From Nymphaea colorata (taxonomy: Eukaryota), in assembly GCF_008831285.2 (NCBI RefSeq), contig NC_045138.2, positions 35,092,001 through 35,156,000 on the forward strand: DNA of 64,000 nucleotides, given 5' to 3'. The position numbers were made by a program, and so were the translations under genes. Positions 26,701 to 39,631 of this stretch are shown here, one piece after another. Each line of letters begins with the position of its first letter. Within the stretch, counting starts at the first letter, position 1. Below the pieces are notes generated by a model, which worked only from the letters and a program-made list of their open reading frames with translations, searched no databases and was not told the origin of the DNA.

Positions 26701-28228
26701 GAACATATAGTCCACCTTTTACCTCACCCTGCCCAATCGTCATCTTCGATTCCAGGTCCTGTATAATACAATGATCAAACAGAAAAGTTATGGAACAATT
26801 TAAATTTTTAGTTAATTCACTAACTGAAAGTAAATTAACTTTAAAAGATGGAATGCATAAAACATCATTAGCTTCAAACAAAGGCAATGATAGTTTACCC
26901 GCCTGATGAACTGGAATTGTTTTTCCATTTGGTAATGTCATGGGAACATTGCATGATTTTAAGTTTTGGAGCATGTTTTCATCAGCACAAATATGGCAAC
27001 TCGCTCCCGAGTCAATAATCCAAGTACAAGATTGAGTATTAATAGAACAAATGTTACCTCCATGAACGACATTACCTGCAAAGTTGATATTGGCCTGCTG
27101 GTTTTTCACCAAGGATAGCAATTTGTGATATTCTTCAAGAGTAAATGCTGGAGCAGAACCTTTAGTGTCTAGTCCTTCACAACCAAGACCCCCAACACCA
27201 TCAAAGGGAGTCGGTTTCACATCAAGTGTATTGTTCATTTGAGACACATTAGCTGCAATTGAAGATTTAAAATTAGGATCATAGAAACGATGTCCTGAAG
27301 GGTACCCAATGAGTTTGAAGCACTTTTCTTTAATGTGTCTGATTCCTCGACAATGGCTACAAACAGGCCGATTTTGACATCCTCCTTTGGTTCTATAAAA
27401 GCCACCATAGTTAGCATCGTGACTTTTAACGTGCTCACTTTGTTTGACTGCCAAGGCTGCAGTCCCTCCATTAGCCGAACCAGAAAATCATGTCTCACGC
27501 TGTTTTTCTTCTTGAAGAACCATCGCATAAACTTTGTTGACATTGGGAAGGGGATAAAGAAGTAAAATCTGGCCTCTAACAGCATTATAGGAATCATTGA
27601 GACCCATTAGAAATTGGATAACACGTTCCCTTTGAATTTGTTCCGAATACGACTTCATGGCCCCACAAGAACACATGGGAATGAGAGAATATGAACTAAG
27701 CTCGTCCCAAAGAGCTTTTAATTTGGTAAAATATAATGCAACAGTCATAGTATCTTGTTGTAGACGACTAATAGAACTCTGGATTTGATAGATCCGAGGG
27801 ACAAGGCTTTGAATAAATCGTTCTCGCAAATCTTCCCAAACTTCTCTAGCATTAGTCGAATAAATAACACTCTCTACAATATCTTTGTTGACTGAATTTA
27901 AGATCCAAGAAAGTATCATATTGTTGGACCGAACCCATAGATGATAGCTCAGATCATCTTTTTCTGGCTCCTTGATAGAACCATCAATGAAACCAATTTT
28001 GTATTTTGCTGAAAGAGCCATCAACATGGCTCGGCTCCACGTCCCATAATTTTCCCCATTAAAATGTTGTGAAACCAAGACATTTCCAGGATTATCAGAA
28101 TGGTGAATAAAGAATGGGTTAGACATCACCTGGGACAGATCTGCATCGTTGGGATCAACATGAACGACATCATCCGCCTTTTGTCTATCGCTGTTATCAT
28201 CAACTCCACGATCTGCCATTCCCCTCAT
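23780..28228 (-). pseudogene. Copia gag-pol polyprotein with frameshifts and stops
   Basis: Gag HSDNPG..NYGTWSRAM (27488-28228); zinc knuckle CSHCRGIRHIKEKC; protease WIIDSGAS; LWHKRLGH; integrase HCDIWGP; RT KARLVAKG, QMDVNNAFLHG, YVDD (24326-25198); RNase H SSAEAEY and CDNQAA. Confidence 0.93.
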
Positions 28229-28241
28229 GGCTCTGATACCA

Positions 28242-28528
28242 TGTTAAATATTTTTCTCATGATGATGGGCACGTTGAAGAGGAACAAGAAAAGAATTTTT
28301 ATCAATGGAAGGTGATAATTTATTTATTAAAGATTCAAGATAATATATACAATGGGTTTACAACGGTAAGGAGTGAGCTCTCCTTCCTTCAAGTTAAAAG
28401 TTTTCCAAAGATACATCTGATATTCAAGGCAAGTTGAGGTGGAGAGCCTTGACATGAACGTTGAAGTTGAGGAAGACGTTGAGATGAAATGCCATTGGAT
28501 TTGAACGTTGTAAAACTTGCTTTTAACA
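28242..28528 (-). repeat. 5' LTR of the copia element (287 bp)
   Basis: Adjacent to the tRNA-iMet PBS; the gag ATG follows the PBS immediately. Confidence 0.95.
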
Positions 28529-29329
28529 CTCAATAACTACTCTTTTGTCCAAAACAATGTTCTAAAAGTAACACCAGTTAAGAGGATATTGGGATGACAA
28601 TCCAAAATGTTGTTTTAGAGGAAAACTTGATTTTGCCTCCAAGTCAACGTTTCTAAAGTGTTTAGTGACATAAAAACTGGATATGATAAGGAAAAGCCAC
28701 TTTTCAAAACGGTGTAGGAAACCTGACAGCCCAGGTTATTTACAAAAAACTAGGTCTTGGGTGTATCACCTAAATACACAAACTAAGTTTTCAAAACTCT
28801 TTAAGCTGATTTTCACAAAGACAACTTTTTATAAAACTAAATTAAATGGGGGTTGCATACGGGCCCTTAAAGTTTGGCTAGAAAATCATTCTTATGCAGT
28901 TGTTTCAAGTATAATACTGTCATAAGCAAAAAAGGGTTGAAATGCTTTTGAAAACTAACTAAAAACGTATCCTATTTTTTTTTTTATTAATGAGGAGTGA
29001 TCTTTCGTGCAGAAAGTTAAGACCAAAATGCCAACTAAAACAAAAAACAAAGAAGGATTGTCTTCTTTCTAATAAGACAAGCACAACTGAATGACAAGAT
29101 TTATGCAACACTGATCGTAGGTAGATGAGATAAGGAAATTAGGAAATCTATTGAAGGGCCGTCGGTTTTAACAAATAACACCCACTGCCAATCGGTTTCC
29201 ATATTCATTGGTCATTTGCTTGATATCGAATTGTAAATGTCTTGCAAAAAATATGAGCTTTACCTACTTTCCTTAAAGGTGTTGAGCGACACCAATAAAA
29301 AATATGTCGACAATATGTGAGTTGGACAA

Positions 29330-30210
29330 CATATTGTTGCCTTAGCTAGAGTTTCTTCTGAAGGGTTTCTAAAGAAAAAAAAGAAAAAGAAATGCTCACA
29401 CACTCACGCACATAAAGAGAAGAACACCAACATTTACTTGGTTCGGCTTGTATAGCCTACATGCATCCACGGGAAGAAGAGAGACACTTCATATATAGTA
29501 TTGATTCAAACACCATTACAATAGGTCACAGACTCACAAGACATATATGCACAAGAACAACAAAACGGATGCCAAGAGACGAGAAATTAAAAAGAGGTGA
29601 GGCAAGGAAATTTTTTTCTCAAGGGAGGTGAGTCAATCAATGCACCAAATTGGCAACCTATCCGATGATTGAGATAGGGAAGATATCATCATAACTTTTT
29701 GAAGTTCTCTCCAAAAAATGTCTCTCATCCAATGCTCCCCCTCAAGTTGAGAAGCCTGAATGTTCAAGATCCCAACTTGTTCATAACATTCATCAATTTT
29801 TCTTTGGTGATAGCCTTGGCAAATATGTCTGCATATTGACTTTCACTTTTAACAGATGGTGTAGCAATCTCCTTACTCTGAACTTTATCATGAATGAAGT
29901 GGCAACCAATTATCTCGATATGCTTGTTTTTTAGTGAAAAATAGAATTTGCATCAGTGCGGATGGTTGTCTGATTATCACAAGGTAAATGCGTAGGACTA
30001 TCTTGTTTAAAACCAATCTCCTCAAGTATATATGGATTTGAGCAAACAAGTTCGCATACAGTCATGGCCATGGCTTTATGTTCAACCTCGTCACTTGATC
30101 TAGATATGGTCTTTTGGGTAACTATTCCATGACACAATATTTCATCCAACTTTCATGCAGAAATCTGTCGTAGATTTCTTACCAAATGCACTTCCTGCCC
30201 AATCTGTGCC
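29330..30210 (-). mobile_element. Truncated, degenerate copia remnant (RNase H, PPT and probable 3' LTR)
   Basis: Minus strand KQKTISRSSDEVEHKAMAMTVCELV..CDNQ..NSIFH..QYADIFAKA..LEGE, then PPT AGGGGGAG (~29742-29735) and LTR-like sequence. The left boundary is approximate. Confidence 0.75.
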
Positions 30211-30509
30211 TGCGGGCTCTGTTTTGCTTAAAGACAAGGGTAACTTGAGTCTCATTTTGATTCTGTTTGCTTTCTTCATGCATAATGATAGAACAAATGT
30301 TGCTTGACTTAGGAAGGACTAGTGTCATGAGAACTCAGTAGGTCTGGATCTGCTAGACATGTCCAGGTACCCATCTCCAACGAGTGCGACACTCGAGAGC
30401 ACCAATATAAATCCGTGCACATGTCGAGGCTTATGACAAGATGAAGCGCACGGAGGTTTGCATGCACATGATGAAGGGATAGAGGTGGCGCAGATTTAGC
30501 CCTTCGCGA

Positions 30510-31700
30510 GATAAGATGGATGATTTGGACATTGTATTTCACTTTTATATTCCTAGTCCATTTTATGATGCACTTCATTACTTGTTAATGTGGGATTATA
30601 AATTCTTACGTTTTCTTTTTCGTTGGTAGTCGGTGAAACCAAACCATGTACCAGTTTGGTGTTTTCTCTTTGTTTTCTATTATCAGCATTGATTAAATAT
30701 TTTTTTCATTTGATTTAATTCAAGCAATTGATTCGTGGTAAGAGAAGTTGATCTTCTGTATCAATACATCAGACTTTGTTCTTTTTCCCTACATTTATTG
30801 TGATGACACATGGTTCGAGGAAAAGTTCTGAGGGCAAGTAGGAAAGTGTTGGGAATGAGATCATGCACCTGCTTATTGTGAGATCAGGTGAAGACTGTGT
30901 TCAGTCAACTTCACGCCACGTGTGAAGAGCACGAGGGGAAGCTAGAAACCTTGCACAATGAAAATGAGAAGGGAATCGTCATTCTAGAAAAAAACTATGA
31001 AAAAGGGGCAATGGAAAGCAATGAACACGATTTTGAGAATTTGAGATCACCACCCCATCGAGAAATTTTCGGTCCTTGAATGCGAAAGGAAGTTGAGAGT
31101 CCTGGAGGAATGCTAGCAAGTAGCTTGTCCAACATGCATCACCATTATCGGCCGTCGGATATAGGCATTACCGGATTGGAACAGTGCTAGTGAACTCCCG
31201 TTGTATATAGTCGTTTTCTTATGAGGCTTTACCGATGAAGGTATTGCAAAACCATCCCATATTTTCATAGCCAGTGAGGAACAGAATGGGACCGACAAGC
31301 CTTCACACTGCTGGAACCTCTGAATCCACCCATCTCTCACGGAGGACTGAATGCTGTTTCGGCTATTGGCAGTCGAGGCACAGGACAAGATGAAGTGCAG
31401 GTTAGGAAGTCCAAGTACGAACGAAAGGACGAAAGATTCAACCGTTTATGGAGTAAATGGATCATTTGGACGTTGTATTTCTCTTTTGGATCCCTATCCC
31501 ATTTTGGGTCCAATTTATGATCCATTTTATTACTTGTCAATGTGGGATTATAAATACCAACATTTCTTTATTCATTAGTAGTAGCCGATGAAACCAAAAC
31601 GTGAGTCCCCTAGGTGTTTTCTCTTTTATTTTTTAGTATAACATTGTTTCGTTCAATTTAATTCAAGCAGTTGAGCTGTGATGCAGAGGAGTCGATCCTC
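30510..31700. repeat. Two diverged direct repeats (~30510-30760 and ~31455-31700), probably old LTR remnants
   Basis: Shared blocks gatxatttggacxttgtatttc, ttacttgtxaatgtgggattata, gaaaccaaa, ggtgttttctcttt and atttaattcaagca. Confidence 0.55.
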
Positions 31701-32015
31701 TCTAAGAGGATGAAGAAAAAGAAAAAAGAGAACTAGAAGTGGAGGCAAATTAATGTCAATATCGAGAAGCCAAATTCAAGTTAGAACGTGCACAGCCATC
31801 GGCGGTGGTGCACCTCAATTTTGGAAAAGTTGAATCGAGCTTTTCTTTTTTTTTTCAAAATTTAAATCACTAGTAAATAAAATTTTAAAAACTATATAAT
31901 GGCTCCCTTAAAGAATGGTTCGGCCCGCCTTTGGAAAGGACATTCCAAAAGCACCACCACACTAGGAGGCACACAACAAATATACAATCAAGAAAAAAAA
32001 ACAAAGGATTGGGAT

Positions 32016-34055
32016 TGTTGCCGGTCGATTGTGTATGGTCCGACCAAGCTAGTAAAAAGATATGCTGTTTGGCCAACTTAGGCATAGCTCAAGAAGCATG
32101 TGGGATTAATCAGACACTGAGTCAAGCAGAAAGCAATGTACGTGGAATGTATAGTGCAGTGGTGCAGAGACGAAGTGCATAAATGCATCATGGTCATCAG
32201 TCCCCTTTGGAAGTGCAAGTTCGTCGTTGGGGAATCAAATGAGTTTCCACGCATAACGTTTGGATGCGCAAGGGGGTGCGCATAGGTTAGGGGCAATTCT
32301 CCCAGTGGATGCATATACTGCATTCCATAACCGCGTAGAGTCACGCGGGGGTGAGCAAGTGAATGTTCATTGTTGAGTAGGGTGAGGGTCGGCCACCTTA
32401 CTTAATGACATATAGTCATTAACTGGCTTTGGCTGGGGACTTCCTCCCAAGGGAAGTCTACCCCCACCCAGATTTCGTATGAAAGTAGATAGACAATTGG
32501 AGGAATAACGAAGTTCTGACATGGCCTCATGGCCACGGCTTGCCGATGACCTACAAGAAGATAAACCTGGGTGATGGTGTGCCAAGTGCGTAGCACTCAT
32601 CGTCTAGTCCACAGTTCTAGAAGATAGATGAACGCTTCCGCTAACTCAAGAGAGAGTCGGGCTGGCCGAAGGCTTTGGAGAGACCTTCGGCGCCACGCGG
32701 GCCGAATAAGGCGTTAAAAAGTTGGCTCGTGACAAGTGGTATCAGAGCAGACGATTTCTCGAAGGGTACTTGTAACATGAGAATGCTGCGATGATAATAA
32801 ACAAGTGGTTCTGAAGAAACATTTGCTTGTGTTGGTGCCCTATGGTTTGGGCATGTTCGTCGATCACTAGTTTAGGTGACTGCGTTTGTGTTGGTCAGAT
32901 GGACATCACACGTTTCGAAGACAGTATCTGGGCGTCAGGAGCAGAAGGGCCAGGAGAACCGCTCGCTGAGACAGATAGGGTGAGAGGCTCGATGTGGAAA
33001 AGGATTGTCCATGAGGGCAAGTGCTCTTAGTGTTGACATGACTCGAGGAATGAGCATGTGTACGAGTTGGCAACACAGCTTGAAAATTTCAAACTTAGTG
33101 GTTGTCGAAGATATTCCGAACTTTACTAAGAAAAAGTGCAAACAATGACAAAAAAGTGTGAAGAAACTACGAATGGACTAGAGGCAAAACACCCGATAGG
33201 CAAGTAGTCGCGACGTGACGGGTGTGTCAATCAGACGAACGTAGGCTCAGTTTAAAAGAAATGAAGGGAATAGTTGCTGAACTTCTCTTGCCAGGGGCAC
33301 AGTCACTGAGGACAATGACGATTTTGGCTGTGGGAGAATGTTGCTGGCCGACTGTGTTTGGCCCGACCAAGCTAGTGGAAGGATATGCTGCTTGGCCAGC
33401 TTAGGCATACCTCGGGAAACATGTTGGATCAATTGGACGCTGAGTCAAGCAGAAAGCAATGCACGTGAAATGTGCAGTGCGGTGGTGCACAGACGAAGCG
33501 TATAAATGCATCATGGTCATCAGTTTCTTTGGAAGTGCAAGTCTGTCATTGGGGAATCAAATGGGTTCCCCACGCGTAGCGTTTGGATGCGCAAGGGGGT
33601 GCACGTGGGTTAGGGGAAATTTTCTCAGTGGACGCATATGTTGCATTCCACAACCGCGTAATGTCACGCGGGGTGAAAAGTGAATGTTCATCGTCGAGTA
33701 GGGCGATGGTCGGCCGCCTTACTTAATGACATATAGCCGTCAACTGGCTTCGACTGGGAACTTCTTCATAAGGGAAGTTTACCCCTACTCAGATTTTGTA
33801 TGAAAGTAGATAGACACTTAGAGGAACGACGAAGTTCTGATCAGGCCTCATGGCCACGGCTTACCGATAGCTTACAAGGAGATAAACTTGAGTGATGGTG
33901 TGTCGAGTGCATAGCACTCCTCGTCTAGTCTACAGTTCTAGAAGATAGATGAACGCTTCCGCTAACTCAAGAGAGAGTCGGGCTGGCCGAAAGCTTTGGA
34001 GAGACCTTCGGTGCTGCGCGGGCCGAATAAGGCTTGAAAAAGTTGGCCCGTGACA
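32016..34055 (+). mobile_element. Non-autonomous LTR retrotransposon: two ~718-bp LTRs around a 604-bp non-coding core
   Basis: LTRs 32016-32734 and 33339-34055 (TG..CA); TSD GGGAT at 32011-32015 and 34056-34060; PBS TGGTATCAGAGC at 32737-32748; PPT-like TGGGAGAA before the 3' LTR; no retroelement ORF recognisable. Confidence 0.93.
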
Positions 34056-36179
34056 GGGATATTATAGAATTTTTTATAAAGATGTCTATATATTTTAATC
34101 ATTTTCAATTTTATTAAAAACCTTTTTGGTTATTGTGCACCTCCACTGCACGTAACCAGCTTAAAGACCGTGACTCGACTGTGTGACTCGACTCTCGCTG
34201 CGTACAATTTATGGTGAAGAAGAACTGGCATCGACTGTTCTTCTCCCGGACTCACCACCCCACCCACTTTTATTTCGCTTGTTCATATCAAAGCCGTTTG
34301 ACCGTCGGATTTACTTATTCAGCAATAAAAAAAAAAAAACTGTTTGACAAGTCTAATGAAAAATGGGGCGTAGTTCTTGTATGAAAGTTTCATGAATGAT
34401 CACCTACTTGGCTGAAACAAGGATGCGACAAATGTGAGACCACTAGCTAAAATTGAAGTCTGAAAATAACACCGAGCGCGGTTACGCAAATTGTAAAATA
34501 CAATCGGGTTTCAGTCAAAGGTAGATGAGTCTGGTCCATATCCGCTGCACAACATGTAAAATGGAGGATTTTATGTGACAATTGACAACAGAGCGACTTT
34601 GATAGTATGCACGCGTGCAAGGGTGTCAAGCCGGAAGAAGAGATGTCAGATGAGAAAGCAATGGCTGAGATGAGAGGGCGAGGGGAGGGACGGCCGCCGT
34701 AACTGCTGACCGACTCCGCGTTTATGTCCGTCGCCGCATCTACGTTCAAAAGATATCTCCACAGACCTCAGGTCCACAGGTCGAACCTGACTCAACGCGA
34801 TTTGGGCCACGCACCGCCTGTTCCTGCGAAACCCCCTAATCTAAGTCAATAGGAATCTTTAATCTTTGTGGGGCTGTAGCTTGTGCGCCTCTGACGACTC
34901 GGTTGCAGCTGAAGCTGAAATAAGTCTCTCCTCTCTCCACGTTGTAGAATTTACAGAGTTGTTTCGTGTTGTCTACTTATCGGTTATCATCTTCATCCCT
35001 TTGGCTCTTCACTTGCTTTAGGGGCCTATACAATGCAGGCCGGTGCAGGCTGCCACCATTTCTTGAACCTATTAGAAAGGAAGGATTGCGGCGAATGCTT
35101 TCTCGGCCAGCTTACACTCATATCATTTTCAACCGCAGTCAAAGTGCTCCTTGTCAAGGAAAGACAAAGAGAGAGAGAGAGAGAGAGAGAGGTGAAATTT
35201 TGAGCTCAAGCACCGAACACCATCATAGCACGAGGGGAAGAGGATTAGTGTGGACCTTCTGCTCTCAATGACAAGAATGTGCCGGCCGACGAAGTTTCGT
35301 ATCGTCCAGGGGCAGTCAAAATTGTCGGAAAACGTGAAAGATGTGGGATGAAAGAGACGTTGGGAGCAGGATCCCCACTAATCCACGCACTCGCTTCGTT
35401 ATTGATTGGGAGGAGGAGAAAAGCATTGCTGTCGCTTTCAGTAAGCAAGGGAACACGAAGACACAAGAAAGTGCCTTTTCCCCCACCCTTCGCCGACATT
35501 GTTGAATCAAAGGAGAAGGGAAACGGAACAAGGGCGTTCTCTCTCTGTGAATGGTAAGGATGGTGGCTCTCCTTTTTTGATGCGTGGAGCTGGAGCTCTT
35601 CTTTGACCCGACTTCCCTTGCTCGCTTGGGCTCGCCGATGCGCTCAACATGCACGCTTGGGAGCCGCCCCCGATGGCCCCCACCTCGTGTATCACTTGCG
35701 AAACGTTTCTTTGTCTGCCGCTGGGCCACTGCCAAGTCAGGGCAGTAATCAAAGTACACTGATAACAAGGTGAACGGTCAATATGGCATACCTGTTCCTG
35801 ACCCCTCGCAAATGAGTTTGTCAAACGAAACCCCTCAACTTTGGGAAAAACAATTTGCTTTTATAATTGCAATTTAATTATCATCTTTTTGAATGATTTC
35901 ATCCAGTTTGCTGAATCAGGTCGGAGATTTAATAAATCCAGCCTACTTGTAACTAGTTTTGCCCTCTTGGAGGTTCGAGAGCATGGCTTTACCGTTTCGT
36001 AGAATGGGAAAAGTGGGTTCAAGTTGGTAGGCCGGATCTGGACGTGTGCCATAATCGTAATGGTTTAATTATTTTCCAACGAGACGGATAGCAATACAGT
36101 TGGGTATCTGCTGCATCTCATATGTATTTGGTTGAATTAAATGGCGCCCTTTCACACGACGTCCAAATAAAAAATGATT

Positions 36180-36227
<48 letters not shown>

Positions 36228-38358
36228 CTGAAGGGTGGACCATTGGCTGAGCTAGTGGAGAAGCAATATTCAAGTTTTAATGCAGAACTGGGAGCTCTGA
36301 TTGAGGTTTACGTTTGCAAATAATTTTCTATACTCCACAACTTCAGTTCATGAATTCGCTTCTAAAATGCTGGAACTGTAACTGTTTGGGAGGAGGGTGG
36401 GGGGAGGTGGCCCTGGGAGATAGCCTGAAACCTTGAGCAGAAAATGGTCTTACTATATCATTAGCACAAACGTCAGACAACTGTTGGCTTTTGGGAGCTA
36501 TTCCACTTTGGGCAGCCTTTTGATACCTGCCCATCCTAGTGTTGAAGACCCGCATATCCTGGCCATTACTAGTGTTCACCTTTTTATTTAAAAGATACGC
36601 ACATCACTTCTTATCATTTTCTCTTATTATAGAACTTACTGGAAATCTTCCGTTGCTGGCTTTGCAGGAACTTGCTGAGATGATCTTTCAGTTGAAATGA
36701 TCTTTCAGTTGGCAATATAGAGTAGGTGGTCTATATGTTTGCTATGGTTGACAGTAAAATGTGCAGAAAGTGTTTCTTATGTTTTCATTTGGGCAACATC
36801 CAGAGAAAAGAACCCTTACCATTAGTTCCTTTATGTTTGTCACAATGCACTAAATTGTTATCCAGAATAAAGCATGACCCCAATACAGGGTGTGAAGTCT
36901 TGTTTGAGTCGTGAGTTATTTCTCTATTTCTCTTTTCAGCCTGGGGCCTTTGGACACCTTTGAGTATTGTTTGAACTTTGAAGTCTTATTATTTTCCATT
37001 ATCCAAATCTTTTGTGGAAAAGCAAAAAATTAATCAGGACTATTTGTCATTACCTCATATTGCATCTCTACAAGGGCCTTGAGTATTTGGTGATGAAAGG
37101 AAGGTATTGGAACAGCTAAGTATGTAAATAATGATAATTTATCTGACTTCCAGTAAGCTTAGACTTTAGAATCTTCATTTTGAAATCCTACCAAAATGAC
37201 TTTTCAAGTACCATTGCTTGTAAACAAGTACATGAAGAAGGTGCATGCCTGTTTTAATTTTTGTGGTTGATGTTACTCATTGAGCAGAAAATGGAAAAGT
37301 CATGCCAGAAATGAGCTAAAGAAAATTTTATCTTTTGGCAGGAAATCAAGGTGGATGAATATATTAAGTTATTAAACACAGGTTGGCACCTTGGCCCTTT
37401 GAGAAATCAATAATGCATTAGAAGGTTGCCTTAGATCTGTGCTTGTTTAATGCCTCATGATGGCATTTCATCAATTTCTGTCAATCAAGTGTCGACCATC
37501 TTCAAGTATGACTGCATGAGTAGGAACATCTTTGTAACTTGACATTACATGTCAATTGGTTATGTATACTCGAAGCAATGTTGATGATTACTCTACATCA
37601 TATTTTGCGTTACAAATTATTGTTTTTTAAGTCTTTCTGCAGCATAGTGGGCACCTTTACCTGTGTATTTCAATAGTACTGAAACCCGTGTTACAGATGT
37701 GCTCAAACAAAATGCAATATATGCGGATTTCCAAGATGTTTTAGCGTTGGAGAATGTTTTATGCTATTTCATTGCCATAGACGTTGTCAGAATTTATCCC
37801 TAATCAACTAAAGGTAATATGTAAAAACACAAGTCATCCAGGAAAGAGACAAAAGTTTGCAAGCATGGATGACTTCAGAAAGAAAATGGCTAAGACAATG
37901 ATAACAGTTTTGACTAGCCATCGATACATCAAAATAATGGTGTGTGAAAAAAAATCTGAATGAAACAACTACTTTATACAGTTGATTTTTCATATTGACA
38001 ATAAATAAATCTTCCAAACTAAAAAATTAAATCAGATATTCAATTCTATGATTACTGTGATCGTACCCTCTGTATGGTATCAAATATTGGCGAAAGCACA
38101 CTAGTGTCATAATTTCACATTTTGTTATGGCGAATTGAGGTACGGCACTTAAAACCCATCCTTGTGTCAACATGTTTTGTAGGTAAACCCATTCCTGTGT
38201 CACATGTATTGCAATGGTACAAAGACAGCAAAATGAGAAGCAAACAATGAAATTCAACTAGTCATGCATTATTAGATGCATGGTGAAGAGAAACAAAAAC
38301 GGATCTTGTGTTTCCAATTCATAAGAACACAGAAAGTACCCATAAATTGTTATCTTCC

Positions 38359-38408
<50 letters not shown>
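38359..38408. repeat. (AG)n microsatellite
   Basis: Direct reading. Other SSRs: (TA)n 36183-36224 and 42180-42209; (CA)n(GA)n ~41210-41247. Confidence 0.9.
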
Positions 38409-38409
<1 letters not shown>

Positions 38410-38964
38410 TATACTGTGCAGTATCTTTCAGCATTAAAAGTTAAAACCCTTAACAAAACAAATGCCTTTGCTCCAATCTCTAAATGATGTGTGCATATCA
38501 TTAATTTGATATGTTTCAGTTATAACATATTGTTAAAAACAGAAAATGCTTCCGATGTGGCACCATTTTGTCCTAGACATATCATAAGAGCACATAACTC
38601 CTGTAGGACGTAGGCTGAACCTTAGAATTGCATGCTATAAATTGAACTGATGGCCACACTCAAATAACATTGATCATATGCAAAATCTCATTCAATATTA
38701 TAACATTTGAACCTTTAAACATTTGAACGAATTTGTTGGAGACCCTAAGAATTTGATGAAATCTCAAAATGCAACTACTAGAACATTAACCAGATTTCAT
38801 ACCCTTCATTTTCATGTCTTAAAAAATGGCCTTGATTTCATACCCTTCATTTTCATGTCTTAAAAAATGGTCTTGGCTTCATCCGTTTGCCCCTTTGCTT
38901 TTCCATCCACCAAAATGAAAAATGGTATCTGCATTGTATTTGCATTAACCAAAGAACTTAGTGT

Positions 38965-39631
38965 GAGTCATATCTTTGACAAGCTTTTTTGCTTGAACAA
39001 AGACTCTGTCCACTGTATGGACATTAAGAACCGAGCTGTAGTGAAATCAATTTGGTGAACAACTTTCAGTTATCATTTGATGCACAAACTGCTAAAATAG
39101 TCCCATAGATGACCCTGTCTATGTAAAGACCATTACAAATAAGTTCTTTGAAGACTTGGAGTGCCTATCCTTAGTTTTTTTGCAACCTGCAAGCAGTTGA
39201 TAATGAACAAAAAAAGCAGATCTGACCAGCTAGCTGTAACTACATAAGCAGAACATACTAGACAAGTAGATAAAAGCTATTCCATTATTCCAGGGACATT
39301 GTCCATATGGTAAATGGAACAGCAAATTGGTCAACCAATTCTGGTCAAAATGGGAATGAGACACCAGACATACAGGATTATGTGTCTTGATATCTAGACT
39401 AAGACCACCCTTCTTCATAACAAGTTTATTCTGGTGTTAAGCTTGCCATGCCTAACAAGACAACCAAGAAGCGCAATGCATACTTTCAGCATTGTATCCT
39501 GTGGATTCATCTCCCTTGTCATTGTATACTTGCAACGCTTTCACAAGATTATGGTTTTCTCCCATGAATTTGAGGACTGTACCATGGGATGCAACATTTA
39601 CATTGTCACACTTCCGCATCCAATCAAAAAG
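38965..39631 (-). pseudogene. P-class pentatricopeptide repeat gene fragment (resembles Arabidopsis At1g10910-type)
   Basis: AG/GT-bounded exon 39631-39374 reads LFDWMRKCDNVNVAS..KFMG..KALQVYN..DEST..LLGCLVRHGKL..MKKGGLSLDIKTHN. The next remnant reads LLAGCKK..ELICNGLYIDRVIYGTILAVCASN..SPN*FHYSSVLN. Frameshifts and stops are present. Confidence 0.75.

Larger units (their letters stand above)
23498..28528 (-). mobile_element. Full-length Ty1/copia LTR retrotransposon (probably Ale/Retrofit lineage), coding region disrupted
   Basis: LTRs 28242-28528 and 23498-23785 (TG..CA); TSD CTCAA at 23493-23497 and 28529-28533; PBS TGGTATCAGAGC at 28241-28230; PPT GAAGGGGGAG at 23795-23786; domain order gag-PR-IN-RT-RH. 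Confidence 0.97.

Noticed and set aside
32016..32734. Cassandra TRIM with a 5S rRNA domain
   Set aside because: No 5S-like sequence seen in the LTRs, and they are too long.
35560..35680. miR159/319-like GGAGCTC motif
   Set aside because: No mature miRNA match or complementary arm found.
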